Assembly: GCF_022045235.1 (NCBI RefSeq)
Contig: NW_027266266.1
Location: 17,732,001-17,796,000, forward strand
Source of the DNA: Haliotis cracherodii
Taxonomy: Eukaryota
Length of the DNA stretch: 64,000 nt
Direction of reading: 5' to 3'
Positions 37,201 to 50,592 of the stretch are shown one piece after another (position 1 is the first letter of the stretch; each line of letters starts with the position of its first letter). The notes beneath the pieces are model-generated. The model was not told where the DNA came from. It searched no databases and worked only from the letters and a program-made list of their open reading frames with translations. Both the position numbers and the translations under genes were made by a program.

Positions 37201-37600
37201 ATTCTGAAGCGCGTTCACACCCCGGATGACGTAGCATCACACAACTGCCACAAATTAAGTTGCATACCACGTGACAGGAATTTTCCCTCGTGGGTGAACA
37301 CTCGGGTACAGTGATACCCTAACATCACACCACTGCCACAGGACCATTTGGGTATCTCGTGACCGGACTTTCTCTTTTTGAAAACAAACTAGCTTATTCC
37401 TAATTCAGAACAGGCCTAGGTTGGCCTTATGCAAGCCTTTCAGTGCACTTTACATTTTGTTCACATATCACCCCTCAAGAATGCGACCACACAATATTGA
37501 CATGGGTTGGCAAGTTTTGCGAATTTGCATGAAATACTTGTTCGTATGTGTACGTCGAACTGTGACTGAACAGAAACTTATTGTCTAACACGTCTAGTAA
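34250..37600 (-). pseudogene. MIF: Truncated MIF pseudogene (copy 5)
   Basis: Exon-1 remnant 37199-37123 (ASAIPKGFLLETSTVIAKAIRKPEI|gtaagt) lacks the ATG and first ~11 codons; only the 5' part of exon 2 remains (34587-34539, YVTVRIHPDQLMSHGG); intron-2 fragment ~34260-34425; no exon 3. Confidence 0.88.
36181..36345 (+). mobile_element. tRNA-derived SINE family 1 with 14-bp TSD
   Basis: A box tagcctagtgg, B-box-like ggtccgattcc, (cact)n tail; TSD cataacatcttggg at 36167-36180 and 36346-36359; empty site at ~12884. Confidence 0.95.
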
Positions 37601-38466
37601 GTAAGTTTGAAATATTTTCTTGATTGATTAATAACTGTTCTTGGTAAAACTGTCCCTATACATGTAAATCATGCCAGCGCTCTTCAGTAGGTAGTGAAAC
37701 TCGACCGTCATATAAGAGGCGGTCTAAATCGTTGTTTAACAAGCAGCATTCCACATTACCTTCGATAAGTGTGGAGCTTGTAAGACAGAGTTAAATTCCT
37801 TATTATGAACGATTTTGCTATTTCCGTGGCTCCAAAAAGTAAATATGTATTAAATATGAATACCAAGTTATGTTTATATGTGAATACTATGCCACCATAG
37901 GAAGAAAGTACCTCTAACCATATTACACTGAATCTCCTCTGATGAAGTTCACCTAGCTAATGCAAACAGCTGATAATCTTGTTGTTCATAATATGGATGT
38001 GTTCTTAGACAAAGCCTACACATATATACTGTTATATACTTTACTCCGTCATGTGTGATTTAGGATGTATTAATGTGTTATGGGCAGGTGACCTGTTACT
38101 GAATAAACAGTCTGCCTGTCTCAGTACGAAGTGCGTATTTTATACTGATAGTCTTGTCAAAATGAACGATGGTGAATAATTGTATCATACTTTTCAGACA
38201 GAATTGTACTCATATATTACTCGTATTAATCACGTGAATGATGTTCAGCAAATCAGTTACACTAAACATGGCTGCGTTTAGCCCACTCCCGCTTGGCCTG
38301 ACGGTCCCTCGTGTGTCATGTTTGTTTGACATGCCACCTCTACTTGTAAAACAGGATTATCCTGAATTTCCCTTCGGGGTGGTTGTAAGTCGAAACTAAA
38401 CCCTTCAAACATGCACGGTTTTCCGAACACAGCGCAAGGTTGTTGGTATGATTGAATGTGTCTGAA

Positions 38467-38656
38467 NNNNNNNNNNNNNNNNNNNNNNNNNNNNNNNNNN
38501 NNNNNNNNNNNNNNNNNNNNNNNNNNNNNNNNNNNNNNNNNNNNNNNNNNNNNNNNNNNNNNNNNNNNNNNNNNNNNNNNNNNNNNNNNNNNNNNNNNNN
38601 NNNNNNNNNNNNNNNNNNNNNNNNNNNNNNNNNNNNNNNNNNNNNNNNNNNNNNNN
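38467..38656. other. Assembly gap (190 N)
   Basis: Run of n. Confidence 1.
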
Positions 38657-39012
38657 TAACAAGTCTCCTTGTGTCACTCTCATTGTGTGAACATGTCTCC
38701 AAATGTCGCACTCATTGTGTTATCATAACTCCAAATGTCGCACTCATTGTGTTGATATGTCTCCTTGTGACGCAGTCATTGTGTGAACATGTCTCTTTGT
38801 GTCGTACTCATTGTGTTAACATGTCTCTGTGTGTCGCACCCACTCTGTTAACATGTCTCCGTGTGTCACACTCATTCTGTTAACATGTCCCCGTGTGTCG
38901 CACGTATTCTTTTAACATATCTCTGTGTGTCGCACCCATTCTGTTAACATGTCTCCGTGTGTCGCACTCATTGTGTTAACACGTCTCCATGTGGCACAGT
39001 CATTGTGTTAAT
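38657..39012. repeat. 32-bp minisatellite (attgtgttaacatgtctccgtgtgtcacactc)
   Basis: Also at 48775-49005 and 50025-50592. Confidence 0.9.
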
Positions 39013-40311
39013 GTTCACAGTCGCACACTGATCATTTCCTAATAACACAATCTACTCCTGACAACCTTTTCCGGGACAACGATGACTCATTGTTCACCAA
39101 TTGCGTGACCTTGAAGTTTAATATGTAGAAGCACTTCATTAGAGAAATGTAAATTACATATAAATCCTAAAGACGGTCACTCTGTAAATTTAAAATATCT
39201 TTGCACAATTCAAAAAAAAACTTTCCGAGAAAAGGATCCTTTGTACAGGAGTCTGATTGTATACAGATTGTGATTGTGGTTAAATGTAATATGCGTATCA
39301 TACTATATTTAAATGTAAAACAAATACCTGCTGTTACGAAATAAGTATTTACCCAAAACTGCCCGTCCTTACATGTAAATTTTGCACTTGTGTTGAGCTG
39401 TGTCCCTTGTAAACACTTTTATGTACGCTTCATAAATCTATGTTTACTGTTCAGAACTGGAAGCTAAGGTCATGCATTGTATTTGTACTTTTGGCTATTG
39501 TGCCCTACAACTGAATAAACATGCCTGTGTGTTTGTCTGTGTTTCTATCTGTCTGTCTTTACGTCGTATGTACAAACAGGAACTATTTCTTCTTGAGATT
39601 AGCACGTGAACAATCACATTGTGCGAGTATGACTTTGAGAGTAAACTTGCCCCTTGGTGTAGGTCACAGGTACGAGCGCGTGTTTATTATCAGTTAGCCC
39701 CCTTGACATGCATGTGTTACTGGGGGCATTTAGTTGAAGGTGAGATCATAGATAAAAGTACTCCCTCCGTCAGTCGTACAAAGTGAGAAGTGAGAAAACG
39801 GAAGCAATGGGGAATTGAGAACTACAAAATTCAAATTATATTGGAAATATATTTTGATTAGAAAACGTGATTAAAATGCAGATTTTACATTCTAGGGGCA
39901 AGAGAGAATGTGCAGTCATCTTTGGCATCACAATGGGGAGGAGACGTCGTTATCATGGATTGCTGTGATGAACTAAACCATGCATTATTTTAATAAGGGC
40001 GACCACTGTTTAATCTAATATATGTCAATACAGCACATGTAAAGTGCAGTGTTTAAGTATATACTGCTACGTACTTAGATCACCAATGACAGGACTGTGT
40101 GCCACATCAGGTAAGTTGAGATAACCTAGTGCTCTTTGCACCCGGGACACGGTGACACTGACTGCGTAATGATAACCCAATATGTGTAAACATGTACTTG
40201 TACCTCAAGACAGCCACTCATTAGTAGAAAACGTCGTGTCGTACCAAGAGGTACACGCTCACATCACGCTAACGGACAAGGACATCTCAAGGGATATTGT
40301 ACATTCTGAGA

Positions 40312-41775
40312 ATGGCCGAGTCTAAATGTCTTTCCTGGTGGCTGTCATGTACCTACCTGATCTGTGTTTGTAACTGCCAGGACAGTATTGTGTCTGTCAT
40401 ACAGAGACTAGATCAGTTTCAGGAGGAACTGCTTGATAACAAGGATGATATGATCCGTATGGAGAAAAGGATACTTAATATCATAGATGTCGCTAAGACA
40501 TCATTGAGAGCAGAATTGAAGGAAAACATACGGGATCAAGTGAGAGAAGCCATGGCCGAGATTCTACAAGGAGAGTCTCTTCAGGACATGGTGAAAAGTC
40601 AGGTCGTCTCTGAAGTGCGGTATCTGAAACAGGGCTACCATCAGATGAAGAGACAGTTGCGTCATGTTTCCAGATCACTCAAAGACTTTCAGGACGAGAC
40701 GGGTGAATTTCATGAATCTGTGCTGAAGAAAGCAGATGTGTGGAATCGAGAAAACGCAAGTGATACCTGTGTCAAAGATAAACACAGACTGGAAATAGAA
40801 CTACGAAAAAGTGATATTTATGCTGCTGATCTACAGAAAAATATTGAACGATTCATAGTATTGAACGAGACATGCCAATCCCAAATATCACAACTGAAAA
40901 CAGCTCTTGCTATGCCTGCTTCAACACCCGCCCCTGTAAATGTCACCTCTATCCCCAAATCACGAGTCTCAACCACGTCAGTGACGACACCCAGGCCAGA
41001 GGAGGAGAGAAGTAGGATCCTGATTGCTCCAGTCTGGTCAGGCACCCAGCACCAGTTCCGTCAACTCAACATTCACAGTAACTCACTTAGTGTCTATCAG
41101 TATCACACCATGAAGCAGGTGACATATGTTGCATACATTGCTAAGACAAAGAAACTTCTGATAGGATTACGGATCTCTGATAAAATAGTGTCATCTCCAC
41201 TGGATACAAGTCACGTGACGGTGCTAAGAGAAGGTGTAAAGACATATGGCATGGCAGTGGATGAAGATCGGGACATTGTATTCATAGCCACGTATGAACC
41301 ACGATACTCAATCAGCCGCATGTCTACACAGGGGAAAGACTTCACTGCCATCATTGCCTTGTCCAAGTACGGAGGCTTTCCAAGGGAAATAACTCTTGAC
41401 ACAAGGAGAAAGAGGATATATGGGTGTAATCAGGGGAAACTGTTCACAGTGACATATGATGGTCAAGGTCTGGCAACATTAGCCACAGGAAGTAACATGT
41501 ATGCTGTAACCCTAGATCAGACAGCTGGTGTGTTGTATTATAACATTGAGAAGAAACTGATGAAGATGACAGTGTCCACTAATGTGAGTACAGAGGTGAC
41601 CACACTGAGCGCCGTCCCCTGGAACATGAGACTGTACAGAGGCACTATCTACTTCACTTGCTATAGTTCTCCTATTGTAGGTGCAGTGGATGTGACATAC
41701 AACACTGTTGCATACACTCTCCAGTCATTATCCATGAAGGGGGCCCGTGCTTTACTTATGTGTTTGATTCCCTGA
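40312..41775 (+). CDS. Secreted coiled-coil / YWTD-like beta-propeller protein, paralog 2 (487 aa)
   Basis: Colinear, gap-free paralog of 27632-29095; intact ORF. Confidence 0.9.
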   Translation: MAESKCLSWWLSCTYLICVCNCQDSIVSVIQRLDQFQEELLDNKDDMIRMEKRILNIIDVAKTSLRAELKENIRDQVREAMAEILQGESLQDMVKSQVVSEVRYLKQGYHQMKRQLRHVSRSLKDFQDETGEFHESVLKKADVWNRENASDTCVKDKHRLEIELRKSDIYAADLQKNIERFIVLNETCQSQISQLKTALAMPASTPAPVNVTSIPKSRVSTTSVTTPRPEEERSRILIAPVWSGTQHQFRQLNIHSNSLSVYQYHTMKQVTYVAYIAKTKKLLIGLRISDKIVSSPLDTSHVTVLREGVKTYGMAVDEDRDIVFIATYEPRYSISRMSTQGKDFTAIIALSKYGGFPREITLDTRRKRIYGCNQGKLFTVTYDGQGLATLATGSNMYAVTLDQTAGVLYYNIEKKLMKMTVSTNVSTEVTTLSAVPWNMRLYRGTIYFTCYSSPIVGAVDVTYNTVAYTLQSLSMKGARALLMCLIP

Positions 41776-43252
41776 ATTCTACAATGGATATTCTACCATG
41801 AATATGGAAAATACTCCACTCAGTAGTTTCGACTTACAATAACCAACAGCTAATATAAACAGCTGATGTGGCGTCCACATCACAATGGAAACTGATATTT
41901 ATAGAAGTACGTTTTTCCCAGTCATTGTTGGTAGACATTTTATTGTACATTATATTGTACAAACATACGTTACAAAGTGCAGAGGTTCCGTCATTCAAAG
42001 CACGAGTGGCAATAGATAGTGGAAGTAAAACACAATGGAAACCGACTGAGTGAGTGTATTTCTAGTTTTGGGGACAACAGTTAGCTAAAATTAGGCACCT
42101 TTCTATATCCGAATGTGACGTCACATCATTTGCGTCACAATGAGCGAAAATATTTATGCGCTGCGTGGATTAAAACACAGTACGTTTATCAAGCTCCTTC
42201 CAAGCGCGTGACACCTTACATCGCTGTGAGGAGCATGTACGTTTATCTCTTATTCTATTATTAATTTGGAAATTACTCGATTCAGAGGTTGTCATATCAC
42301 AATAAAGCCCCACTGATTGAAACAGCCGATTTGACGGCCGCACCACCGCGGAAGCTAATATTAATAGAATAGAACTTGACGGTAGGCATATTTCGGAACG
42401 ATGAGCGTTCGGTTCCAAATTGAATTTAGATCGGTTAAATCTACATGTAACCTAGCTCTACATTGAAACACAGTAAGTCTATCTCCTACATTTTCCAACA
42501 CACGAATATTTGAACCTCCATATATGTCCATCATATAGCAGTAGGTTAATTGGACTTATTTCGTTTATTTGGAGTCGGCAAAAGAGTTGATATAACTGTA
42601 CAGCATCGTGTCCCTGATAGAGTGATTTGGGGATTATAGGTTTGATATAAAATTAAGTTTAGGTTGTAAAGTCGGTGATATGTACTGTAGGATTTTAGCA
42701 ATAAATACATTTTCATAGTTGCATTGTTATTATCCGTTTTTTCAACTAAAACAAAACAATGCATGACTCTGTACGAAATACCTCTGCTGACACTAAGGCA
42801 CCACCGTCTTTATATTCAGGGAGGGGCATTGGGTTGTTTTTAAACTAATACTTGTTCCAGAAAAAAATGGAAGATATCAATTTGACCTCAGGTTTTCCCC
42901 AAAAGCCAATTGCCTGGAGCGGGCTGTGTTTCTTGAAGATACTCTAATGTGAAAAACCTTCATTGTGGGGGCTCTTCATTTCACAGAAATACATTGTATG
43001 TTTTGAAGCAGGAGCTGAATACATAGCCCCAGAACATTATACAAATACTTACTCTTGACGAAGGGGTCGGGTCCTCGGGCCCAATGACCTCGTCAAGAGT
43101 AATCAGTCGTTGTCGGTATGCCAAAAATCACTTTAAAGTGCCAGTATAATTTGCATATAATATATCAGTATTCCAGTATATCATGGCGTGTCAGCTTAAT
43201 GTGGGAGAAAAACCCGAAATGATGCAGGTCTCAGACGTTTACCACTTCGGTG

Positions 43253-46200
43253 AATGCGCATGCGTCAGAACAGCAAGTCGCTGAAAAGTCTTCTCCACCA
43301 AAATCATCTTATATCTGTATCATTATCAGATACTGTGACGCAAAAATCAGGTAAGGTGACTATGAAGATACCTACAATGGACTCATGTTAGTGAATCATG
43401 AAGATGGTTTTAGGTTTTGCTTAAAATCAAGTGTCCAAAATATGTAGAAATGTTTAAGGAGAATTTACACAAGTGGACTAGTGCTGATTGACTGAGCGTC
43501 CGATTAATCAACAAACAATGGTCAGCCCAAACAGAGTCAGTGAAGCATTGAGTGGCCCTGTCAGCGAGGAAGATGACCTTCGACACGCTACACAAAGTGT
43601 GGATGATATAGAGAATAACATTTTCATTGAAATACACACACGCCTTGGAAAACTAGATCGAATTTCTTTCGAAACTGAACTTCTGGACACATACAATGAT
43701 GATGAAGAAAAACTAAACGAAGTGAGACAAAGTCTTTATGACGTAGCCAAGGAGACTCGACACGATACCCCAAATGGATATCTACCAAAACATGTACAAA
43801 GAGAACATTCCAGGAAGTCTGTGACTGAGAAATATGCGTCTGATGTATATTGCCTCTATGGTTTTATTACACACACAATCCCCTCTCATATACTGGAAAA
43901 ACAAGTACTCAACAAAGGCAAATCAAACGCACGTCCCTACAACGTACTTGGAGATAGTTTGCTGGATACACAAAGAGGTAATGATCTTTTGACCCTAATC
44001 TATACTACGCAGAGCTGGTTTGACTGTCTTAATGATAGGTTTGACTTCGCGACTAAGGTTAAGGCTAACCAGCGAGGATGTAGAGGGGAGGGCGGTGTGG
44101 CAATTTTAGTTAAGAAAATTATACACAGGTACACTGATATATGTGAATGTGAGTATGATAGTTTTGTAGCTGTGAAACTCTCCCGTCCCCAGTGTGCTGA
44201 TATGTATGTAGTGTGTGCTCTGCTCCCCTCCACTAATCACAACACAGTAGTGTATGAGGAGAGTGACAAGGAAGTGTTCGACGTTGTTGATGAGCTATCA
44301 GTTATGTTGTTCTTTGTGGAGATTTTAATACAGATCTTGTAAATTACCCAGCATCCCCTCGCTCTACTGTACTGCATCCATACTTGAATACAGGAAACAT
44401 GGTACCAACATCATACAACTGTGGTGTCATTCAAGGTCAACTCAAGACATTGTGCAACAAGGCTGGAACACAGTCATCTCTGATTGATAATATATTCTTG
44501 CCAGATGCTCTTCAATCATCTGTGTTGACGACCTCTGTCAATAACAACATCGATTTCGAGATATCGGATGATTCACCAGTAGTGGTATCATTCCTTAGGG
44601 ATGCGTTCTTAACAGAGCAAAATCTATGGACTCCCCCAACTTACAAATGGCAGAAGGCGAATGGCCTTGAACTGAAGGATGACACCCTTCCAGACATGAC
44701 ACATGCTGACAGCGATATGATGGAATATTATTTTGATGCTATATTGAGCACTCTCCACACGTCAACAGCAATGTACATCCCAACAGGATACTACAGACCC
44801 TTATTGGAGAGGATCTAGTCTAGACTACTACCACTACCAGATTCGTCATGCTAGACGACAATGGATATCTCAAGGTAAACCTGGAGGAGATGCACATGGC
44901 TCTTATCAATAGTATATGGCAGTAAGATGCAACTTCCCTCGACAGAAAAGAAAAGCAATCGGACAGACACAAGTATGCAGACCCGAACTCTGCCTGTGAA
45001 GTGGACATTGGTGAATTTTATAGAAGTGTCAGGAAACAGAGGAAGACTAATGCAACATGTACATCTCTACTGTATAAAGACAAGACGGCCAGCACACCCG
45101 AGGACATCTGCAATATGTGGACTGGTTATTATGGGGATCTGCTGTCTCCTCTCGGTAGACCTGAGTTTGAAACGGACTTTTATGAGGAAACAAAATCAAA
45201 GGTTTGTGATATAGCAAACAGTAACATATCTGAGAACGATCCAATCCTGACGACAAGTATTGTTGCATCTAATGAAGTGAAATCAACCATTAAGAGGCTG
45301 AAAAACAATAAGTCTCCTGGACCAGACTGTATTACTGTAGAACGCCTCTATAATGCTGACAATCTTCTGTTTAAACATCTGGCACACCTCTACAATATGA
45401 TGATCAGTACTTGTTACACGCCTGTCATGATGAGAACTGGAACTATTATTCCCATCTACAAAGGGAATAATAAAGATAAATGTAACCCAGCTAATTAAAG
45501 CGGTATCACTCTAACATCCAATATTGGGAAGGTTTTTGAGAGGTTGTTGCTAGACAGACTGGAATCCTACATCAAAACCAGTAATCCTGATTTCCCACAT
45601 CGTCTCCAGTGCGGCTTCCGGAAAGAGCATGGCGCCAGTGTTGCTACATATGTTAAAAGAGGCTATTTCCCATTAACAAGATAGACACTCAAATATATAT
45701 GTTGCCTTTCTGGATAACAAAAAGGCCTTCGACAGGATGTGGCATGAGGGGCTGCTACTGAAACTATACAATCTTGGTGTGAAAGGCCGTGCATGGCACA
45801 TTATCCGTCAATCTTACCAAGAAGCAAGTGCTTGTGTTAAATACAATGAGAGGACAAGTGATTTGTTCAATGTTCATCAAGGAGTAGGAAAAGGTCGCGT
45901 GCTCTCAGCATGATTGTTTCTTGTCTATATTAATGACCTGATATCTCAGTTTGATAATCTACAATGTGGACTAATTGTTGGTAAGGAGCTGATGACACTA
46001 CTGTTGTTAGTACGAGTGTACATGGACTGAATATGTCTCTTGATACTATCCACAAGTATGCGCGGCGCTGGAGACTGACGTATAACGCCAATAAGAGCTG
46101 TGCCTTGTCTTTTAGCAATAACAGAAGACATTGTAATAGACCTGTGTTCAGAATTGGCGTTGTGACAATGAAGTACCAAAGTAGTACGATTTATGCCGGC

Positions 46201-47510
46201 TCTCTGTTACACACGGAAAAAACAAATGAACGAACTACTAGAGCTTGTGCTAAGGCGCGACAGACAATCAACTCCTTAAGAAATGTTGGTCTTAGAGCTG
46301 GAGGATTGAGCCTAGTATCTTCATCGATACTGGGCTCGATACTGCGAAACCCAACAGCGCTACTTTGCTCGACGAGTCCAAAACCTTCACAGGAGATCCT
46401 CTCCAGCTGCTACAACTCAGGTTCTAGTATTATGGTCAATGCTGGTCAAAGTGGAGAAAATGAAGCTTCTCTTTCTGGGACGACTCTGTAGAGTTGCAAG
46501 CACAACCATTGTGAAGCCGATTTTCTATCTCAGATTATCCCAGTATGTCACCACTCTCTCACACAGTGCCAGATCCGTAACACACGATCTACTGAATGTG
46601 GCTCAAAAGTATGGAGTGAGTGAGTGAGTATGGTTTTACGCCGCTTTTAGCAATATTCCAGCAATATCACGGCGGGGGACACCAGAAATGGGCTTCACAC
46701 ATTGTACCCATGTCGGGAATCGAACCCGGGTCTTCGGCGTGACGAGCGAACGCTTTAGCCACTAGGTTACCCGACCGCCCCTCAAAAGTATGGATTCTCA
46801 GGCGTCTTAGATAAACTAATCAACTCTGGGGAATTTCCACCTAAAAGTGTATGGAAAAGCATGGTACAACGAGCTATTAGTGAGTCTGAAAATATGAATT
46901 GGAGAAATACTTTGCAACAGCGTCCAGACATGCATAGGTTTAGTTCTAGCCACACCTGCCTTGCACCACATCGTCTCTAGTCTCTGTGTGTATGGTATGA
47001 TATTGCTTCCCCCTGTATATGCTCTTGTAAAGCTCGGCATATTACCTGTAACGTCAGGACTGTGTCTTATCTGTAACTGTGAATGTGATGGCATTGTTAA
47101 GCACCAATTGTTTTACTGGATGGCCTAATGAAACAGAGAAATGTGCTTAGCGAGTCTCTATTTGACAATGTCAGCCTTGACACCTATCTCAGACTTGAGG
47201 ACACGTCTAGTGATAACGTCAAGCTTCTGGCACGTGCCTGTGGTCCAGGACATGACACTTGACAGCTGGGCAACATTCATGAGTATCGTGGCTAAACATG
47301 TCAGCTCATGGAACTTAACATCCATATTGTATTTGTGAAGCTATGTCACACATCATGTAAATATAGTTTCACGCATCACTTCATTACTGCTTACCCAGCT
47401 CAATCTGTTGTATTTATATGTATTTTGTCATTGCCGTTGTCAAATTATGTAATGTAATTATATGTACTACTCTCCGAATCCTTGGGGGAAATAAAGAGTA
47501 TTCATTCATT
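43253..47510 (+). mobile_element. Near full-length decayed LINE (L2/CR1-group): ORF1 remnant, AP endonuclease, RT
   Basis: GEGGVAILVKK, SLIDNIFL, ISDDSPV, KSPGPDCIT, IIPIYKG, QCGFRK, FLDNKKAFD; many stops; ends aataaagagtattcattcatt. Confidence 0.9.
46616..46780 (-). mobile_element. SINE family 1 nested in the LINE, 14-bp TSD
   Basis: TSD ctcaaaagtatgga at 46602-46615 and 46781-46794. Confidence 0.95.
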
Positions 47511-49004
47511 TATCACCCCTCAAGAATGCGACCACACAATATTGACATGGGTTGGCATGTTTTGCGAATTTGCATAAAATACTTGTTCGTATGTGTACGT
47601 CGAACTGTGCCTGAACAGAAACTTATTGTCTAACACGTCTGGTAGTCTTCGTGGAGTTGATAAAACACGAGAAAGTTTGAAATATTTTATTGATTAATTA
47701 ATAACTATTCTTGGTAACACCTATACATGTCAATCATGCCAGCACGTGTACGAGCATATTGTACTACAAGAAAAGAGAGTTGCAAATTATAGCTACATAT
47801 AGGCATCCAAATAAAATGTTGAAAAGTGTTTTGAGTACAGTGAAAAAGGCCTAACAGTCACTTCATTTACTATATGTACTCTCCAGTAGGTCGTGAAACT
47901 CGACCGTCATATAACAGGCGGTTTAAATCTTTGTTTGAAAAGCGGCATTCCCCATTGTCTAAGATATGTATCCCAGAGTGGAGATGGAACATTTTCCATT
48001 CAAGTGTAGAGCTTGTAAGACAGAGTTCAATTCCTCATTATGAACGATTTTGCTATTTCCGTGGCTCCAAAAAGTAAATCTATATTTAATATGAATACCA
48101 TGTTATGTTTATATGTGAATACTGTGCCACTGTAGGAAGAAAGTACCTCTAACCATATTACACTGAATCTTCTGTGATGAAGTTCATCTTGCTAATGCAA
48201 ACAGGTGATAATCTTGTTGTTGATAATATGGATGTGTTCTTAGACAAAGCCTACATATATATACTGTTATATACTTTACTCCGTCATGTGTGGTTTAGGA
48301 TATATTAATGTGTTATGGGCAGGTGGCCTGTTACTGAATAAATTGTCTGCCTGTCTCAGTACGAAGCGCGTTTTTGATAGTGATGATCATGTGATAATGA
48401 ACGATGGTGAATATTTGTATCATACCTTACAGACAGAATTGTAATCATATATAACTCATATCAATCACGTGAATGATGTTCAGTAAATAAGTTACACTAA
48501 ACATGGCAGCGTTTAGCCCACTCCCGCTTGGCCTGACGGTCCCTCGTGTGTCATGTTTGTTTGACATGCCACCTCTACTTGTAAAACAGGATTACCCTTA
48601 ATTAAAAAAAGTCGAAAATAAACGCTTCAAACATGCACGGTTTTCCGAACACAGCGCAAGGTTGTTGGTATGATTGAGTGTGTCTCAACATGTACGGTGT
48701 GATAGTGTGCGTGGGGGGTGGGGGTGGGGTGGGTGGGGGTGTTGGGGGGGTTGGGGGAGTGGGGTCGCAATCAGTGTGTTAACATGGCTCTTTGTGTCGC
48801 ACTCATTGTGTTGACATGTCTCCGTGTGTCACAGTCATTGTGTTAACATGTCTCCGTGTGTCGTACTCATTGTGTTAACATGTCTCTGTGTGTCGTACGC
48901 ATTGTGTTAACATGCCTCCGTGTGTCGCACCCATTCTCTTAACATGTCTCCGTATGTCACACTCATTGTGTTAACATGTTTCCATGTGGCATAGTCATTG
49001 CGTT

Positions 49005-50000
49005 AATGTTCATAGTCGCACACTGAGCATTTCCTGATAACACAATCTACTCCTGACAACCTTCTCCGGGACAACGATGACTCGTTGTTCACCAAGTGTG
49101 TGACCTTAAAGTTTAATATGATGAAACACTTCATTAGAGAAATGTAAATTACATATAAATACTCAATACGGTCACTCTGTAAATTTAAAATATCTTGGCA
49201 CAACTTAAAAATATACTTTCCGAGAAAAGGATCCATTGTACAGGAGTCTGGTTGTGTACAGATTGTGATTGTGGTTAAAGGTAAGATGCGTATCATATTA
49301 TATTTAAGTGTAAAACAAATACCTGTTGTGACAATAAGTATTTACCAAATACTGCTCGTCCTTATAATGTAAATAAGGCCTTGTAAATATTTTACAGTCA
49401 TAGCAGCAACGTACAATCACAGTTGTTGCCATTTACTAAAACCGTGTGTTCAACATGTAAATTTGCAGTTGTGTTGAGTTATGTCCCTTGTAAACACTTT
49501 TATGTACGCTTCATAAATTTATGTTCAGAACTGGAAGCTAAAGTTATTGCATTGTATTTGTAATTTTGGCTATTGTGCCCTACAACTGAATAAACATGCC
49601 TGTGTGTTTGTCTGTTTGTCTATCTGTCTGTCTTAACGTCGTATTTTCGTTTATTTGAAGTCGGCAAAAGAGTTGATATAACTGTACAGCATCGTGTCCC
49701 TGATATAGTGATTTGGGGATTATAGGTTTGATATATAATTAAGTTTAGGTTGTAAAGTCGGTGAGCCTGGAGCGGGCTGTGTTTCTTGAAGATACTCTAA
49801 TGTGAAAAACCTTCATTGTTCGGCTCTTCATTTCACAGAAATACATTGCATGGTTTGAAGCAGAGGCTGAAGAAATAGCCCCAGAATATTATACAAATAC
49901 TTACTCTTGACGAAGGGGCCCTCGCGTCCAATGACCTCGTCAAGTGTAATCATTCGTAGTCGGTATACCAAAAATCACTTTAAAGTGCCAGTATAATTTT
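49005..50000 (+). other. Gene-less fourth propeller cassette (5' flank fused to 3' flank)
   Basis: 49028-49644 matches upstream flank ~25971-26874 (without the SINE); 49645-50000 matches downstream flank ~30063-30657 with a further deletion. Confidence 0.85.
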
Positions 50001-50024
50001 CCCCAAACGCCCTTATTCTGAAAT

Positions 50025-50592
50025 ACACTCATTGTGTTAACATGTCTCCATTTGGCAAACTCATTCTGTTAACATGTCTCCGTGTATCACAGTCATTGTG
50101 TTAACATGTCTCCGTTTGTCACACTCATTGTGTTAACATGTCTTCGTGTGTCACACTCATTGTGTTAACATGTCTTCGTGTGTCACACTCATTCTATTTA
50201 CATGTCACCGTGTCTCCGTGTGGCGCACTTATTCTGTTAACATGTCTCCTTGTGGAACACTCATTTTGTTAACGTGTCTCCGTGTGGCACACTCATTGTG
50301 TTAACGTGTCTCCGTGTGGCACACTCATTGCGTTAACGTGTCTCCGTGTGGCACACCCATTGTGTTAACATGTCTCCGTGTGGCACACACATTGTGTTAA
50401 CATGTCTCCATGTGGCACACTCATTGTGTTAACATGTCTCTGTGTGTCACACTAATTCTGTTAACATGTCTGCGTGTGTCACACTCATTGTGTGAACTTG
50501 TCCGTGTGTGTCACACTCATTGTGTTAACACGTCTCCGTGTGTCGTATGCATTGTGTTAACATGTCTCTGTGTGTCGCACTCATTGTGTTAA
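50025..50592. repeat. 32-bp minisatellite
   Basis: Same unit as 38657-39012. Confidence 0.9.

Noticed and set aside
38340-38883. ORFs spanning X runs
   Set aside because: Artefacts of the 190-N gap.
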